Shown piece by piece: positions 49,598-59,192 of a stretch of DNA of 64,000 nucleotides. Made by a program: the position numbers and the translations under genes. Source of the DNA: Alphaproteobacteria bacterium. Its GTDB lineage: Bacteria > Pseudomonadota > Alphaproteobacteria > Bin95. The stretch's first letter is position 1; each line of letters opens with the position of its first letter. The notes under the pieces were generated by a model that worked only from the letters and a program-made list of their open reading frames with translations, had not been told where the DNA came from and searched no databases. The stretch lies in NCBI GenBank assembly GCA_963665325.3, contig CAXXWS020000002.1:497644-561643 (forward strand). The letters are read 5' to 3'.

Positions 49598-50377
49598 TTG
49601 ACAGACCCCCGAATCCCCATCATCCTTCTTCCGAATGCAGTTGCCGGTCGGGTGCTTTTCATGGACCTGCTGGTGGCGCGGGAGAACACCGAGGGCTTCT
49701 ATGCCGACCGCAACATGTTCGCAGGCTCGGGCGAGTTCATGGCGACCGAGGATGTCGGGCTCGCAGTGCGCAAGATCACCCGCAGGGGCTCGGAAAGGAT
49801 CGCCCGCGCCGCCTTCGCCGCCGCCCGCGACCGGCGGCGCAAGGTGACGGTCGTCCACAAGTCGAATGTGCTGAAACACACGGACGGCCTCTTCGAGCGC
49901 GTGGCCTACGAGGTCGGCGCCGAGTGGCCCGATGTCGAGGTGGACGATGTGCATGTCGATGCCGCCGCCGCGCTGCTCGTTCGCGAGCCCGAGCGTTTCG
50001 ACGTGCTGCTCTGCACCAACATGTTCGGCGACATCCTCTCCAATCTCGCTGCGGAGTTGTCGGGTGGCCTCGGGCTCGGCGGCTCGATCAATGCGGGCGA
50101 TGCAGTGGCTGTGGCCCAGGCCGCGCACGGCAGTGCGCCGGACATTGCGGGTAAGGACATGGCCAACCCGAGCGCGCTCCTGTTCTCGGCGGCGCAACTG
50201 CTCGCATGGAAGGGCGCACGGGAGCAGAACAACTCGCTCATGGAAGCCTCGCGGGTGCTGGAACGCACCGTCGAGAGGCTGCTTGCCTTGCCCGAAACGC
50301 GCACGTTCGACCTCGGCGGCCCGCTCGGCACGCGGGCGTTTGCCGACAGGGTGGTCGCCGGCATTTCTGACGGATAG
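49598..50377 (+). pseudogene. 5'-truncated isocitrate/isopropylmalate/tartrate dehydrogenase-family gene (lacks roughly the first 90-100 codons)
   Basis: The reading frame begins just before the conserved ..DLLVARENTEGFY.. block, which normally lies about 100 aa into these enzymes. It continues through ..CTNMFGDILSNLAAELSGGLGLGGSIN.. to a normal C-terminus. In-frame TAG and TAA occur immediately upstream. Confidence 0.7.
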
Positions 50378-50840
50378 CGCGGAAGGCCAGCGGATTCGGC
50401 CTGGATCGCCACTCCCGGCCGTTCGGGGGAGGGCCGCCCTTTGCCGCTCTCCGGCAAGGGCCTGCAGCGGAGCCCCCCGGAGAGTGTCATGCAATGTCAT
50501 GTTTCGTCATGTTTCCCATGTGCAAAACGCGTGTTGGGGGCCCCGTTCCGGCATGACGCCATCGCTTCGGCTAGAGGTTCCGGGGGTATTCCGCCTTTTC
50601 CGGCGCCTGTCTGTCTTCGGCATAGGTCCTTCCTTTCGATCCGGTTCCACTCCCGCCGCAGCGCCGTGGCGGGTCCCTTTGTCGCGCGTATCGCGGGCGG
50701 GCGGGCGCGCCCGTCGGCGCCGGCGCGGTTCGCGCGCCTGATTGCGCACGCGCGCGAGGCAAACGCCGGACGCAACTGTCCTGTCCGCTCCCGCCGGAAC
50801 ATTTTTTGCCTCAGCCGCTTTTCCGCCCAAGAAAGCGTAA

Positions 50841-50861
50841 AGGCGGCCCCGGGAGCCGCCT
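50841..50861. terminator. GC-rich hairpin, candidate terminator downstream of the racemase-family operon
   Basis: AGGCGGC-CCCGGGA-GCCGCCT. On the minus strand it is followed by TTTACGCTTTCTT. It lies 90 nt after the stop at 50952. Confidence 0.4.
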
Positions 50862-50951
50862 CTCTACTCTCATTCTAACATAGATATTTGCTTGTCAATC
50901 CTGTTTCGGGAATTATTTCCAAAAAATTCATGATCGGATAGAGAATACCAT

Positions 50952-51689
50952 TCAATCCCTTGCTTCTGCCATCGGCGGTCGATGCGCGTCGGCGAAGCCG
51001 GAATGCACCCAGCTTATGAAGCTGAAAATGTCATGCACCGGCAGGGCCGTTTCGTTGCGTACGGCGGCGGCGTAGGGGGCCATGTTGGCGCATTCGAGCA
51101 CGATGGCGCCGACCTCCGGGCAGCGCGCCTTGAGGCGGCGGGCGGCGGCGATGACATCGGCTTCGGCCGCGGCAATGTCGAGCCAGGGCTCATTGCCGAT
51201 CAGCACGCGGGTGAGCTCGCGCCCGCTTTCGGTGCCCTCGACGGGTGTGTCCGCGCGTGCGCCGACGGTAGTGAAATGGTCGTCCCAAAGGCTCTCGCGG
51301 CTGACCGTGACGACGCCCGTCCGCTTTCCGGGAGGCAACATCCGGTCGAGCGCCGCCACCTGCATCAGGGTGGACGAGGCGACCGGCACGCCGGCATGGG
51401 CGGCGAGTTCGGACTGGAAGAAGGACAGGAACCCGCAAACCGTGGTGAGGGCCGTGGCGCCGCGATCCACCAGCCGCCGGGCGGCATCGAGGAAGGCGCC
51501 GTCCAGCCCTTCGGCGCGGCGGCGCACCACCCGTTCGGGCGTTGCGCCGCGCACGATCTCGTAAAGCACCGGGAACGGCCAGGTATCGCCATTGCCCATG
51601 TCGCCCGGGACGCGCGGAAAACGGGCGTCCAGCATGAGGATGCCGAGCGCCGCTCCGCCGATGGGCGAGCCTCCGACCGCGACCGTCAT
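50952..51689 (-). CDS. Asp/Glu/hydantoin-racemase-family protein
   Basis: ..GILMLDARFPRVPGDMGNGDTWPFPV.. N-terminal signature and ..IVLECANMAPYA.. second-half motif. Confidence 0.75.
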   Translation of the reverse strand: MTVAVGGSPIGGAALGILMLDARFPRVPGDMGNGDTWPFPVLYEIVRGATPERVVRRRAEGLDGAFLDAARRLVDRGATALTTVCGFLSFFQSELAAHAGVPVASSTLMQVAALDRMLPPGKRTGVVTVSRESLWDDHFTTVGARADTPVEGTESGRELTRVLIGNEPWLDIAAAEADVIAAARRLKARCPEVGAIVLECANMAPYAAAVRNETALPVHDIFSFISWVHSGFADAHRPPMAEARD

Positions 51690-52309
51690 CGCGGGAAGAC
51701 CCTGGGGGCAAGGCTGGCGTGGAACCAGGCGAGGAAGCGGGTCCGGTCATAGACGGGCCGGCCGGTGGCGGCGCGGATATCGGATGCGAATGGGCCCATC
51801 TCCGGCTCCTCTAGCAGCCAGGCGGCGATGCCGGGCCGATTGGAAACGGCCCGCTCGGCAGCGGTGGCGAGGCTGTCCCGCGCGCGCTCCACATCGAGCC
51901 TGTCCTGATCCGCCGCCACGGCGTCGGCGAGATAGCCGGGCGCTGCAATCCGGTCATTGTCTGCGGAGAAGGCCAGCACGCCGACCTCGGCGCTCGGCGG
52001 GAGCATGGCTTCGATGAGGTCCCGTTGCGTCGCCAGTCCGCCCGCATATGGGGCGTCGAGAGCGTCCGCAAGGTCGAATTCCGCGTTGAAGGCGAGGCCG
52101 ATGCCTTCCGCGCCCTCGTCCAGCAGGCGTTCCGCGGCGTCCAGAGCCGCTGTCCGGTCGGTCTGCTCCAGCACCGCATAGCGCACGCTGAAGGGGAAGC
52201 TGCTTGCATTGGCCGGGTCGCCCGGCAGCCGCGGAAAGCGCGTCCGGCGCACCAGCAGCCCGAGCCGCGCACCGTAGAAGCTCCTGCCGCCCGTCGCGAC
52301 TGTGCTCAT
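51686..52309 (-). CDS. Asp/Glu-racemase-family paralog
   Basis: ..GLLVRRTRFPRLPGDPANASSFPFSV.. is similar to 50952..51689. The ATG at 52309 (MSTVATGG..) is preferred over the track start at 52327. ATGA overlap at 51686-51689. Confidence 0.65.
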   Translation of the reverse strand: MSTVATGGRSFYGARLGLLVRRTRFPRLPGDPANASSFPFSVRYAVLEQTDRTAALDAAERLLDEGAEGIGLAFNAEFDLADALDAPYAGGLATQRDLIEAMLPPSAEVGVLAFSADNDRIAAPGYLADAVAADQDRLDVERARDSLATAAERAVSNRPGIAAWLLEEPEMGPFASDIRAATGRPVYDRTRFLAWFHASLAPRVFPR

Positions 52310-52522
52310 GGTCCCATCTATGCCCATCTGACATATCGATTTGTCGAGCCCGAGCTTACGAGCCGGCGGCAGCTCATGCTATAGCGGCCAAGGGCGTCCC
52401 GAAGACCCGGGAGGGGACGGAATGGTGGCCAATGCTGCCAGGCCGAAGGTGTTGCCCGGCGACGGCAGACATCCCGGGCGGCGACCGGGAAGTTTCTGCC
52501 GAAGGCATGAGCGATGCGGTGA

Positions 52523-53773
52523 TTGCGGCGATGGAGCGGCGCTGTGGCTGAAAACGCGGATGTCTCGGCGGCGATAGAGCAAGCTTCCGGACGGTCCGCG
52601 CGCTTCGACGGGCGGCTCGGCGCGCTCGGCGTGCTGATGCTGCGGAACCTGCTGTTCTCCATTCTGACGTTCGGCATTTACCGCTTCTGGGGCCGGACGC
52701 ATGTGCGGCGGTTTGTCTGGCGCCATACGACCGTTCTGGACGATGCGCTGGAATATCTCGGCACGGGCGGGGAGCTGTTCATCGGCTTCCTGATCGCGGT
52801 CGCCGTTCTGTTGCCCGTGTTCGCCGCCTATTCGGTGTTGCAGTTCGTCTTCGCGGACGGGTCGCAAGTTGCGCTGATTGCGCTCGAAGTCCTGTATTAC
52901 CTGGCGCTGTTCTTCCTGATCCAGATCGCCATCCACCGGATGCGCCGCTACCGGCTGACGCGGACAGCCTGGCGCGGCGTGCGTTTCGGACTCGGCGGCT
53001 CGTCGCTCGCTTATGCCCGCGTGGCGTTCGGTTACGGTCTGCTGACGGCGGCTACCCTTGGATTTGCCTATCCCTGGCTGCGGGTCGCGACGCTGAAATA
53101 TTTCGCAAGCCACGCCTATTTCAGGACAGCATCGGTCGCGCTCACGCCGGACGCCCGCTGGCTGTTCCGACGGTGGCTGGCGGTTGTTGCGCCGCTGACG
53201 GCAATTCTTGCTCTCTTTATCGCACTCAACCTGGAAATGTTCGAAAACATTCGCTTCTTCTTTGAGGAGGGATACGACAGGGCTGGTGGGCGCGCCATGC
53301 TCCGCTTGTCATTCTGGCCTCTCTTCATCTATCCGATAGCGCTTCTCGCTTGGATCTGGTACCGCGTGGTCGAATTCCGGCACATGGTCGGTTGTCTGAT
53401 CATTGGCGATACCGGATTCGGCTCCTGCGCCCGACCGAAATATGTTTTCTGGCGACTTCTTATTTTCGTTTTGGCCATGGTCTCGATCGGTGTGCTCGTC
53501 GGCGGCTTTGCGGCCTCGATGGCGACCGGTTTGGCAAAGACCGGGGCCGCGCCCGCCACTGTGGCCGCTACTGTGATCGTGCCGCTTCTCGCGTTCGTTC
53601 TTGTTGCGGGCATCCTCAGAACCCTGCTCCTGGACATCCCGCTGCTGGCCCATGCCTGCGAGACGCTCGAAATCTCGAACGGCGGGGCGCTGGACGAGGT
53701 CGTGCAGTCCTCGGCCGCCGTGCCGAGCTACGGCGAGGGGACGGCCGAGGCGCTGGATGTCGGCGGGTTCTGA
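52523..53773 (+). CDS. DUF898/YjgN-family membrane protein
   Basis: ..LRNLLFSILTFGIYRFWGRTHVRRFVW.. and a repeated ..TLGFAYPWLRV.. motif. Start is uncertain (TTG 52523 or GTG 52544). Confidence 0.75.
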   Translation: MRRWSGAVAENADVSAAIEQASGRSARFDGRLGALGVLMLRNLLFSILTFGIYRFWGRTHVRRFVWRHTTVLDDALEYLGTGGELFIGFLIAVAVLLPVFAAYSVLQFVFADGSQVALIALEVLYYLALFFLIQIAIHRMRRYRLTRTAWRGVRFGLGGSSLAYARVAFGYGLLTAATLGFAYPWLRVATLKYFASHAYFRTASVALTPDARWLFRRWLAVVAPLTAILALFIALNLEMFENIRFFFEEGYDRAGGRAMLRLSFWPLFIYPIALLAWIWYRVVEFRHMVGCLIIGDTGFGSCARPKYVFWRLLIFVLAMVSIGVLVGGFAASMATGLAKTGAAPATVAATVIVPLLAFVLVAGILRTLLLDIPLLAHACETLEISNGGALDEVVQSSAAVPSYGEGTAEALDVGGF

Positions 53774-53776
53774 CGC

Positions 53777-54907
53777 ATGGCCCGGTATCCGGCGCGGTAC
53801 TATGACGGGCTGACGGCGCGCTCGCGGGCGGTCGAGATCGAGATTGCGGCAACCGGGCTTGCGATCTTCGACGAGGCCGGGCCGGTCGTCGGGTCCTGGC
53901 CGGGCGAGGGCATACGGCTGGTGGAGAAGCTGCGTGAGGGGGAGCCGGTGCGCCTCGGCCTCGCCGGCACGACGGCGCGGCTCATCGTGGACGATCCGGG
54001 GATCGTCGCCTCGCTCGGCGGGGTGGCGCCGCGCCTCCGGAGCCGGCAGAGGACATCGGGCAGGGCGGTCGGCCGGATCGCGCTCTGGGCCGTGCTGGCC
54101 GCCGGGTCGCTGACCGGCATCGTGCTCGTGCTCATCCCGCTGCTCGCGGCCCAGCTTGCGGCGGCAACGCCGGAGTCGGCGAAATACCGGCTGGGCCGGG
54201 CGGTTCTCGCCCAGGTCGCTGAGTTGCTGCCGGGTCCGGCCGGCCCGGCAAGCCGCCAGCGCTACTGTTCCTACGAAGATGGGCAGGCGGCACTGCAGCG
54301 CCTTGCGGACCGTCTCGCTGCGGACTTGCCGGACCCGCCGACGGTTCGGGTGGTCGTGGTGAATACCCTTCTGGTCAATGCCTTTGCGCTGCCGGGAGGA
54401 ATCATGGTCTTCACCCGGGGGCTGCTGGTCCATGCGGGCAGCGCGGAGGAAATCGCGGGCGTTGCCGCGCACGAACTCGGCCATATCGCGCACGACCATT
54501 CGATCCGCGCTCTCTTCCGTTCCTTCGCCGTCTCGCTGCTGATCGGTGTGCTTCTGGGCGACCTGACCGGCGGCACGCTGGCGGGCGGGCTCGCGGAGTG
54601 GCTGGTCAACACCGGCTACTCCCGCGAGGCCGAGCGCGACGCGGACGCCTTTGCGCTGGCTCGCCTGGAGGCTGCGGGAATCGATACTCAGGGGCTCGCG
54701 GATTTCTTCGCCCGCTTGAAGGAACAGGAGAAGGACGAAGGCGGGCTGCTGGCCCGAATGCTCTCTACCCACCCGGCCACCGAGGAGCGTTTGGCCCATA
54801 TCCGCGATGCCGCACGCCCGGGTCTCCGGCCCGCTATGAGCGAAGAGGACTGGACACATGCCCTGAAGGCATGTCTCACGCTTCAAATGACGCCGCCGCT
54901 GCCGTAA
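53777..54907 (+). CDS. M48-family zinc metallopeptidase (the usual partner of DUF898 proteins)
   Basis: HELGHIAHDH (HExxH), downstream ..EAERDADAFA.., and an N-terminal ..ARYYDGLTARSRAVEI.. domain. Confidence 0.8.
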   Translation: MARYPARYYDGLTARSRAVEIEIAATGLAIFDEAGPVVGSWPGEGIRLVEKLREGEPVRLGLAGTTARLIVDDPGIVASLGGVAPRLRSRQRTSGRAVGRIALWAVLAAGSLTGIVLVLIPLLAAQLAAATPESAKYRLGRAVLAQVAELLPGPAGPASRQRYCSYEDGQAALQRLADRLAADLPDPPTVRVVVVNTLLVNAFALPGGIMVFTRGLLVHAGSAEEIAGVAAHELGHIAHDHSIRALFRSFAVSLLIGVLLGDLTGGTLAGGLAEWLVNTGYSREAERDADAFALARLEAAGIDTQGLADFFARLKEQEKDEGGLLARMLSTHPATEERLAHIRDAARPGLRPAMSEEDWTHALKACLTLQMTPPLP

Positions 54908-54949
54908 GAAGCGAGCTGTGTGCCGCAGCCGGAAGCGAGGGAGAGGGCA

Positions 54950-56104
54950 ATGCCCGAACCGGGTCTGGAGTTCACCTTCGGGATAGAAGAAGAGTTTTTC
55001 CTGGTCGATCCGGAAACGCGGGACATCATCGCCGATCCCGACCCCGGAATCATGGAACGCTGCGAACGGGAAAGCGGCCCGCATACGGTGGTGCCCGAAT
55101 TGCTGCGCTCCCAGGTCGAGACCAACACGCGGGTCTGCTCCTCCATTGCGGACCTGCGCACGGCGCTTGCCGAAACCCGCCGGCTGGTCGTTGAGGCGGC
55201 GGAGGCCTACGGCGCCCGCGCCATGGCCGTCTCGACACACCCGTTTGCGGCCTGGCGGGAGCAGCAGGTCACGCCGAAGGCGCGTTACCAGGAGGCCGAG
55301 ATCGCATTGCAGGAGGCCGTGCGGCGCTTTCTTGTGGGCGGCATGCACATCCATGCCGGCTTCGGCGATCCGGACTCCCGCCTGCGCGTCATGACGGCGA
55401 TCCGCCGCCATCTGCCGCTGTTCATCGCGCTCTCGGCCTCCTCTCCCTTCAATGCCGGGAGCCACACCGGGTTCAAGTCCTACCGACCCATCATCATCGG
55501 CGCCCTGCCTCGCACGGGACTTCCCCGCCCGTTCGCCTCGCAGGCTGAGTTCGACGGGCTGGTGACGGAATACCGGCGCATCGGCGCCATCGAAGACAGC
55601 AGCGAATTGCGCATGGATATCCGTCCTTCCCACGCCTATCCGACGATCGAGCTCAGGAGCTGCGATATCTGCCCGCGCATGGACGAATCGATGACTCTGG
55701 CGGCCCTCTATGCCTCGCTCCTGCGCCGGCTGTTGCGCCAGGACGGGGCGGAGGGGCTGCCGCCCGAACCGCCGACCGAGATCATCGCCGAGAACTGCTG
55801 GCTCGCCCAGCGCTACGGCACGCTGGCCTTCATCGGCGATCTGGAACGCGGCGGGCGCATCGATATTGCGGATTGTGTCGAGGCGCTGGTGGAGGAGGTC
55901 ATGGAGGATGCGCGCGCGCTCGGCTGCGAAGAGGAACTCACGCGGGTTTCCCTCATCCTGCATGACGGCGCCTCGGCGGATCGGCAGCTCGAACGCTACA
56001 GCCTCTGCCGCCTGGACGGCGCGGACCACAAGGAAGCGCTGCATGCGGTGGTGGACGAGGTGCTGGAGGAAACACGCACAGGGACAGGCGGGCCAGCCCG
56101 TTGA
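54950..56104 (+). CDS. carboxylate-amine ligase, YbdK/GCS2 family
   Basis: ATG at 54950 with a GAGGGAGAGGG SD. FTFGIEEEFFLVD.., ..GMHIHAG.., ..ELRSCDICP.. blocks. Confidence 0.8.
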   Translation: MPEPGLEFTFGIEEEFFLVDPETRDIIADPDPGIMERCERESGPHTVVPELLRSQVETNTRVCSSIADLRTALAETRRLVVEAAEAYGARAMAVSTHPFAAWREQQVTPKARYQEAEIALQEAVRRFLVGGMHIHAGFGDPDSRLRVMTAIRRHLPLFIALSASSPFNAGSHTGFKSYRPIIIGALPRTGLPRPFASQAEFDGLVTEYRRIGAIEDSSELRMDIRPSHAYPTIELRSCDICPRMDESMTLAALYASLLRRLLRQDGAEGLPPEPPTEIIAENCWLAQRYGTLAFIGDLERGGRIDIADCVEALVEEVMEDARALGCEEELTRVSLILHDGASADRQLERYSLCRLDGADHKEALHAVVDEVLEETRTGTGGPAR

Positions 56105-56162
56105 ACGCCCGCGCGAAAAAGCGCAGCCTTCCTGGAATTCCCTGATCGCGGGGCGGCTTCGG

Positions 56163-59100
56163 ATGGCGGGTCTGGCGAGAGAGTGGATCGAGGCTGGCGC
56201 AGAGCTTCCGGTCGTTGCCGATACCGAGGCGGCGCAAACCTGCTGGCAGCGCTGGCGCGAGGCGGCGGACGAGGCGGGCGACGATGCCCTGCGTGCCTTC
56301 ATGCTGGCGGCGGAGGGCGACGCGACTGCCGGGCGGCTGCTCTCCTCGGTGTTCGCGAACAGCCCCTATCTCAGCCACAGCCTGATCTCCGATCCCGGTT
56401 TCGCCCGGCTGGCGCTGGAGGCCGGACCGGACGCGGGCTACCGGGCGGCGTATGACGAGGCTGCCGATCGGGCCGGCTTCGCAGGGGAATCGACAGCGGA
56501 CATCATGCTCCGCCTGCGCCGGGCCAAGAGGCGCGCGGCGCTCGTCATCGCCCTGGCCGACATCGCGTCCGCCTGGCCGCTGGAGAAGGTGACCGGCGCG
56601 CTTTCCGAATTTGCCAACGCCACGCTGGGCGCCGCCTTCCGGCATTTGCTTCGCGGACTGCACGAGGCGGGCGAGCTGGCCTTGCCGGACCCCGAGGATC
56701 CGGAGCGCGGCTCGGGACTGTTCGCGCTCGGCATGGGCAAGCTCGGTGCCTCGGAACTCAACTATTCCAGCGATATCGACTTGATCCTGTTCTACGACCA
56801 GGATCGGGCGCCCTATATCGGCAGGCGTGGCATCCAGCCTGCCTTTGCGCGGTTGGCGCAGGGCCTGGTGCGAATCATGGGCCAGCAGACTGCCCAGGGC
56901 TACGTGTTCCGCACCGATCTGCGGCTGCGCCCCGACCCGGGATCGACGCCGCCTGCCGTCTCGGTACGCTCCGCTGAGGTGTACTACCGCACTGCCGGGC
57001 GCAACTGGGAGCGGGCGGCGATGATCAAGGCGCGGCCGGTCGCCGGCGATATCGAGGCGGGGGAAGCGTTCCTGGAGGTGTTGCAGCCCTTCATCTGGCG
57101 CCGCCATCTCGACTTCGCCGCAGCGCAGGACATCCGGGCGATCAAGGAGCAGATCGACACCGCGCGCGGCGCGGGCGGGGAGGGACTGGAAGGGCACAAT
57201 GTCAAGCTCGGCCGCGGCAGCATCCGCGAGATCGAGTTCTTCGTGCAGGCGCAACAACTCCTCTGGGGCGGGCGCAACCCGGACCTTCGCAGGCGCGGCA
57301 CACTGGAATCTCTGGAGGCGCTGGTGTCGGCAGGCCATGTCGATTCCGGCGCGGCGGTGGAGCTTCAGGCGGCCTACGGCTTCCAGCGCAGCGTTGAGCA
57401 CCGTCTGCAAATGGTGGATGACCGGCAGACCCACAGCCTGCCTGACAGCGGGGACGGCATTGCGGGCATCGGGGCGTTCATGGCCTTCCCTTCCGCGGGT
57501 GCGTTCGGGGACCGGCTCAACGGGCATATCGCGGCGGTGGAACGCCACTATGGAGCATTGTTCGAAGACCCGCTGGCTGTGACGGACGCCGAAGGAGTGG
57601 ACTTCTCGGCGGAGGGCGAGGGGGAAACGGCGCTTGCAGGCATGGGCTATGCCGATGCTGGGCAGGCCGCGGCAACGGTCCGCCGCTGGCTGGCTGGCGG
57701 CGCGCCGGTATTGCGAAGCGAAGAGGCGTGCGGGCTGCTCGCGAGGTTGTTGCCCGGGATTCTGGCGGCGTTCTCGGCCGCGCCCGACCCCGACGCAGCC
57801 TTGTCGCGGTTCGACCGGTTCCTCGCCGGACTGCCGGCCGACCGGCGGCTGCTCTCCCTGCTGGCGGCGCGGCCCGAATTGCTGGGCATCGTGACGGATG
57901 TCGCCGGTTCCGCACCCCTGCTCGCCGGCTGGCTCACCCGCCGCCCGCTGCTGCTGGAGAGCGCGCTCAGCCGCGATTTCACCGATCTTGACCTGCCGGA
58001 CGAGGAGGGCCTCGAGCCGGAGATCGCGGAGGCGGCCCGCCGGGGGCTGGTGCGGCTCTTCTATGCGCGGGAGTTCGGCCGGCCGGAAATGCAGGCGGAG
58101 CTGGAAGCTGCGGCCGGCCGCGCGGGCGACCTTATGGATTTGCTCGACTCCGTCAGGCGTTGGGCCAATGACCGGTTGTTCCAGATCGGGACCCATATAT
58201 TGCGCGGACGCCTCTCGCCGGAGGAGGCGGGGTCGCCGCTTTCCGAAATCGCTGATGCTTGTATCGGGGCGCTGGCGCCGGCGGTGCAGGAAGTGTTCGC
58301 GGCCGTCCATGGGCGCGTGCCGGGCGGCAGAGCGGCGGTGCTGGCCTTCGGCGACCTCGGCAGCCGCGAAATGACGCTGAACTCCGATCTCGATCTCATG
58401 CTGCTCTACGATTTTGAGGGAAGCGAGTCGGACGGCTCCCGGCCGCTGGACGCCGACACCTACTATGCGAGGTTTTGCCGGCGCCTGACGGCTGCTCTGA
58501 CTGCCGAGACCGCCGAAGGCGGCCTTTACCGCATCGACATGCGGCCGCGCGAGACGGGCAGCAGCGGTCCGCTGGCCTGCTCTCTGCCGGCTTTCCTGGA
58601 CTATCCGCACGACCGCGCCGAAGCGCCGGAACTGGCGGCGCTCCGGCGCGCGCGGGTCGTCTGGTCCGAGGACGGACTGGGAGAGCGTTTCGAAGAGGCG
58701 AAGCGGGCCGTGCTCGCTGCGCCCCAGCCGGCGGGTCCGCTGGCGGCTGGGCTTGTCCCGGTGCGGGGACGAAAGGACGAGGCCGGGGACGACCTCTGGG
58801 CCATCGAGCACATGGCCGGCGGCCTGCGCGACGTGGCTGCCGCCGCCGACTTCCTCCGATTGCTCCACGCCGCCGAACGGCCGTCCATCCTCCACGGCGA
58901 CGCGCCGGCGGTCTTCCGGGCGGCGCAGGCGCTGGGCTCCATCGGAGCCGGTGCGGCGGAGGACCTTGAAGAGGCCGCGCACCTCTGGCGTAACCTCTGG
59001 GGCCTGGCGCAGCTGGCCGTGGACGGGAACCTCGTCGGCGAAGCCGCAGGACCGGAGCTGATGAGCGTGATCGGCCGGTCGGGCGGGAAGCTTGTCGTCG

Positions 59101-59192
59101 AGGCATTGAGCGATTCGGTACAGGATATCGCGGCCCGCGCCGCCGGGCATGTCGACGGGATACTGGGCCCCGCCCGGACGGGAGGACCGTGA
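56163..59192 (+). CDS. glnE: bifunctional glutamine synthetase adenylyltransferase / adenylyl-removing enzyme GlnE
   Basis: Two nucleotidyltransferase halves (..GMGKLGASELNYSSDIDLILFY.. and ..AFGDLGSREMTLNSDLDLMLLYD..). About 1009 aa. The first in-frame ATG after the ybdK-like stop was chosen. Confidence 0.85.
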   Translation: MAGLAREWIEAGAELPVVADTEAAQTCWQRWREAADEAGDDALRAFMLAAEGDATAGRLLSSVFANSPYLSHSLISDPGFARLALEAGPDAGYRAAYDEAADRAGFAGESTADIMLRLRRAKRRAALVIALADIASAWPLEKVTGALSEFANATLGAAFRHLLRGLHEAGELALPDPEDPERGSGLFALGMGKLGASELNYSSDIDLILFYDQDRAPYIGRRGIQPAFARLAQGLVRIMGQQTAQGYVFRTDLRLRPDPGSTPPAVSVRSAEVYYRTAGRNWERAAMIKARPVAGDIEAGEAFLEVLQPFIWRRHLDFAAAQDIRAIKEQIDTARGAGGEGLEGHNVKLGRGSIREIEFFVQAQQLLWGGRNPDLRRRGTLESLEALVSAGHVDSGAAVELQAAYGFQRSVEHRLQMVDDRQTHSLPDSGDGIAGIGAFMAFPSAGAFGDRLNGHIAAVERHYGALFEDPLAVTDAEGVDFSAEGEGETALAGMGYADAGQAAATVRRWLAGGAPVLRSEEACGLLARLLPGILAAFSAAPDPDAALSRFDRFLAGLPADRRLLSLLAARPELLGIVTDVAGSAPLLAGWLTRRPLLLESALSRDFTDLDLPDEEGLEPEIAEAARRGLVRLFYAREFGRPEMQAELEAAAGRAGDLMDLLDSVRRWANDRLFQIGTHILRGRLSPEEAGSPLSEIADACIGALAPAVQEVFAAVHGRVPGGRAAVLAFGDLGSREMTLNSDLDLMLLYDFEGSESDGSRPLDADTYYARFCRRLTAALTAETAEGGLYRIDMRPRETGSSGPLACSLPAFLDYPHDRAEAPELAALRRARVVWSEDGLGERFEEAKRAVLAAPQPAGPLAAGLVPVRGRKDEAGDDLWAIEHMAGGLRDVAAAADFLRLLHAAERPSILHGDAPAVFRAAQALGSIGAGAAEDLEEAAHLWRNLWGLAQLAVDGNLVGEAAGPELMSVIGRSGGKLVVEALSDSVQDIAARAAGHVDGILGPARTGGP

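Larger units (their letters stand above)
563..49600. mobile_element. segment of a conjugative element or genomic island (IncI/Dot-Icm-type T4BSS plus R64-like type IVb pilus); left end outside the window, right edge near 49.6 kb
   Basis: About 45 co-oriented minus-strand genes carry T4BSS and T4b-pilus motifs. More than 20 junctions are 4-nt start/stop overlaps. The block stops abruptly against a 5'-truncated dehydrogenase-family gene at ~49,598. No integrase catalytic domain or relaxase is seen inside the window. Confidence 0.6.

Noticed and set aside
50441-50878. Track ORF 50441..50878 plus (145 aa) and overlapping minus ORFs in the gap after the truncated dehydrogenase.
   Set aside because: The products are Arg/Ser/Pro/Ala-rich with no SD and no motifs. 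Several mutually overlapping ORFs are equally plausible. The gap is treated as non-coding.
49350-50951. A tRNA or tmRNA gene, or obvious att direct repeats, marking the island boundary.
   Set aside because: No cloverleaf-like segment (acceptor stem plus T-loop GTTCGAATC-type motif) was recognised by eye, and no repeat of the junction sequence could be found within the window. The left end of the island lies outside the window, so att pairs cannot be evaluated.
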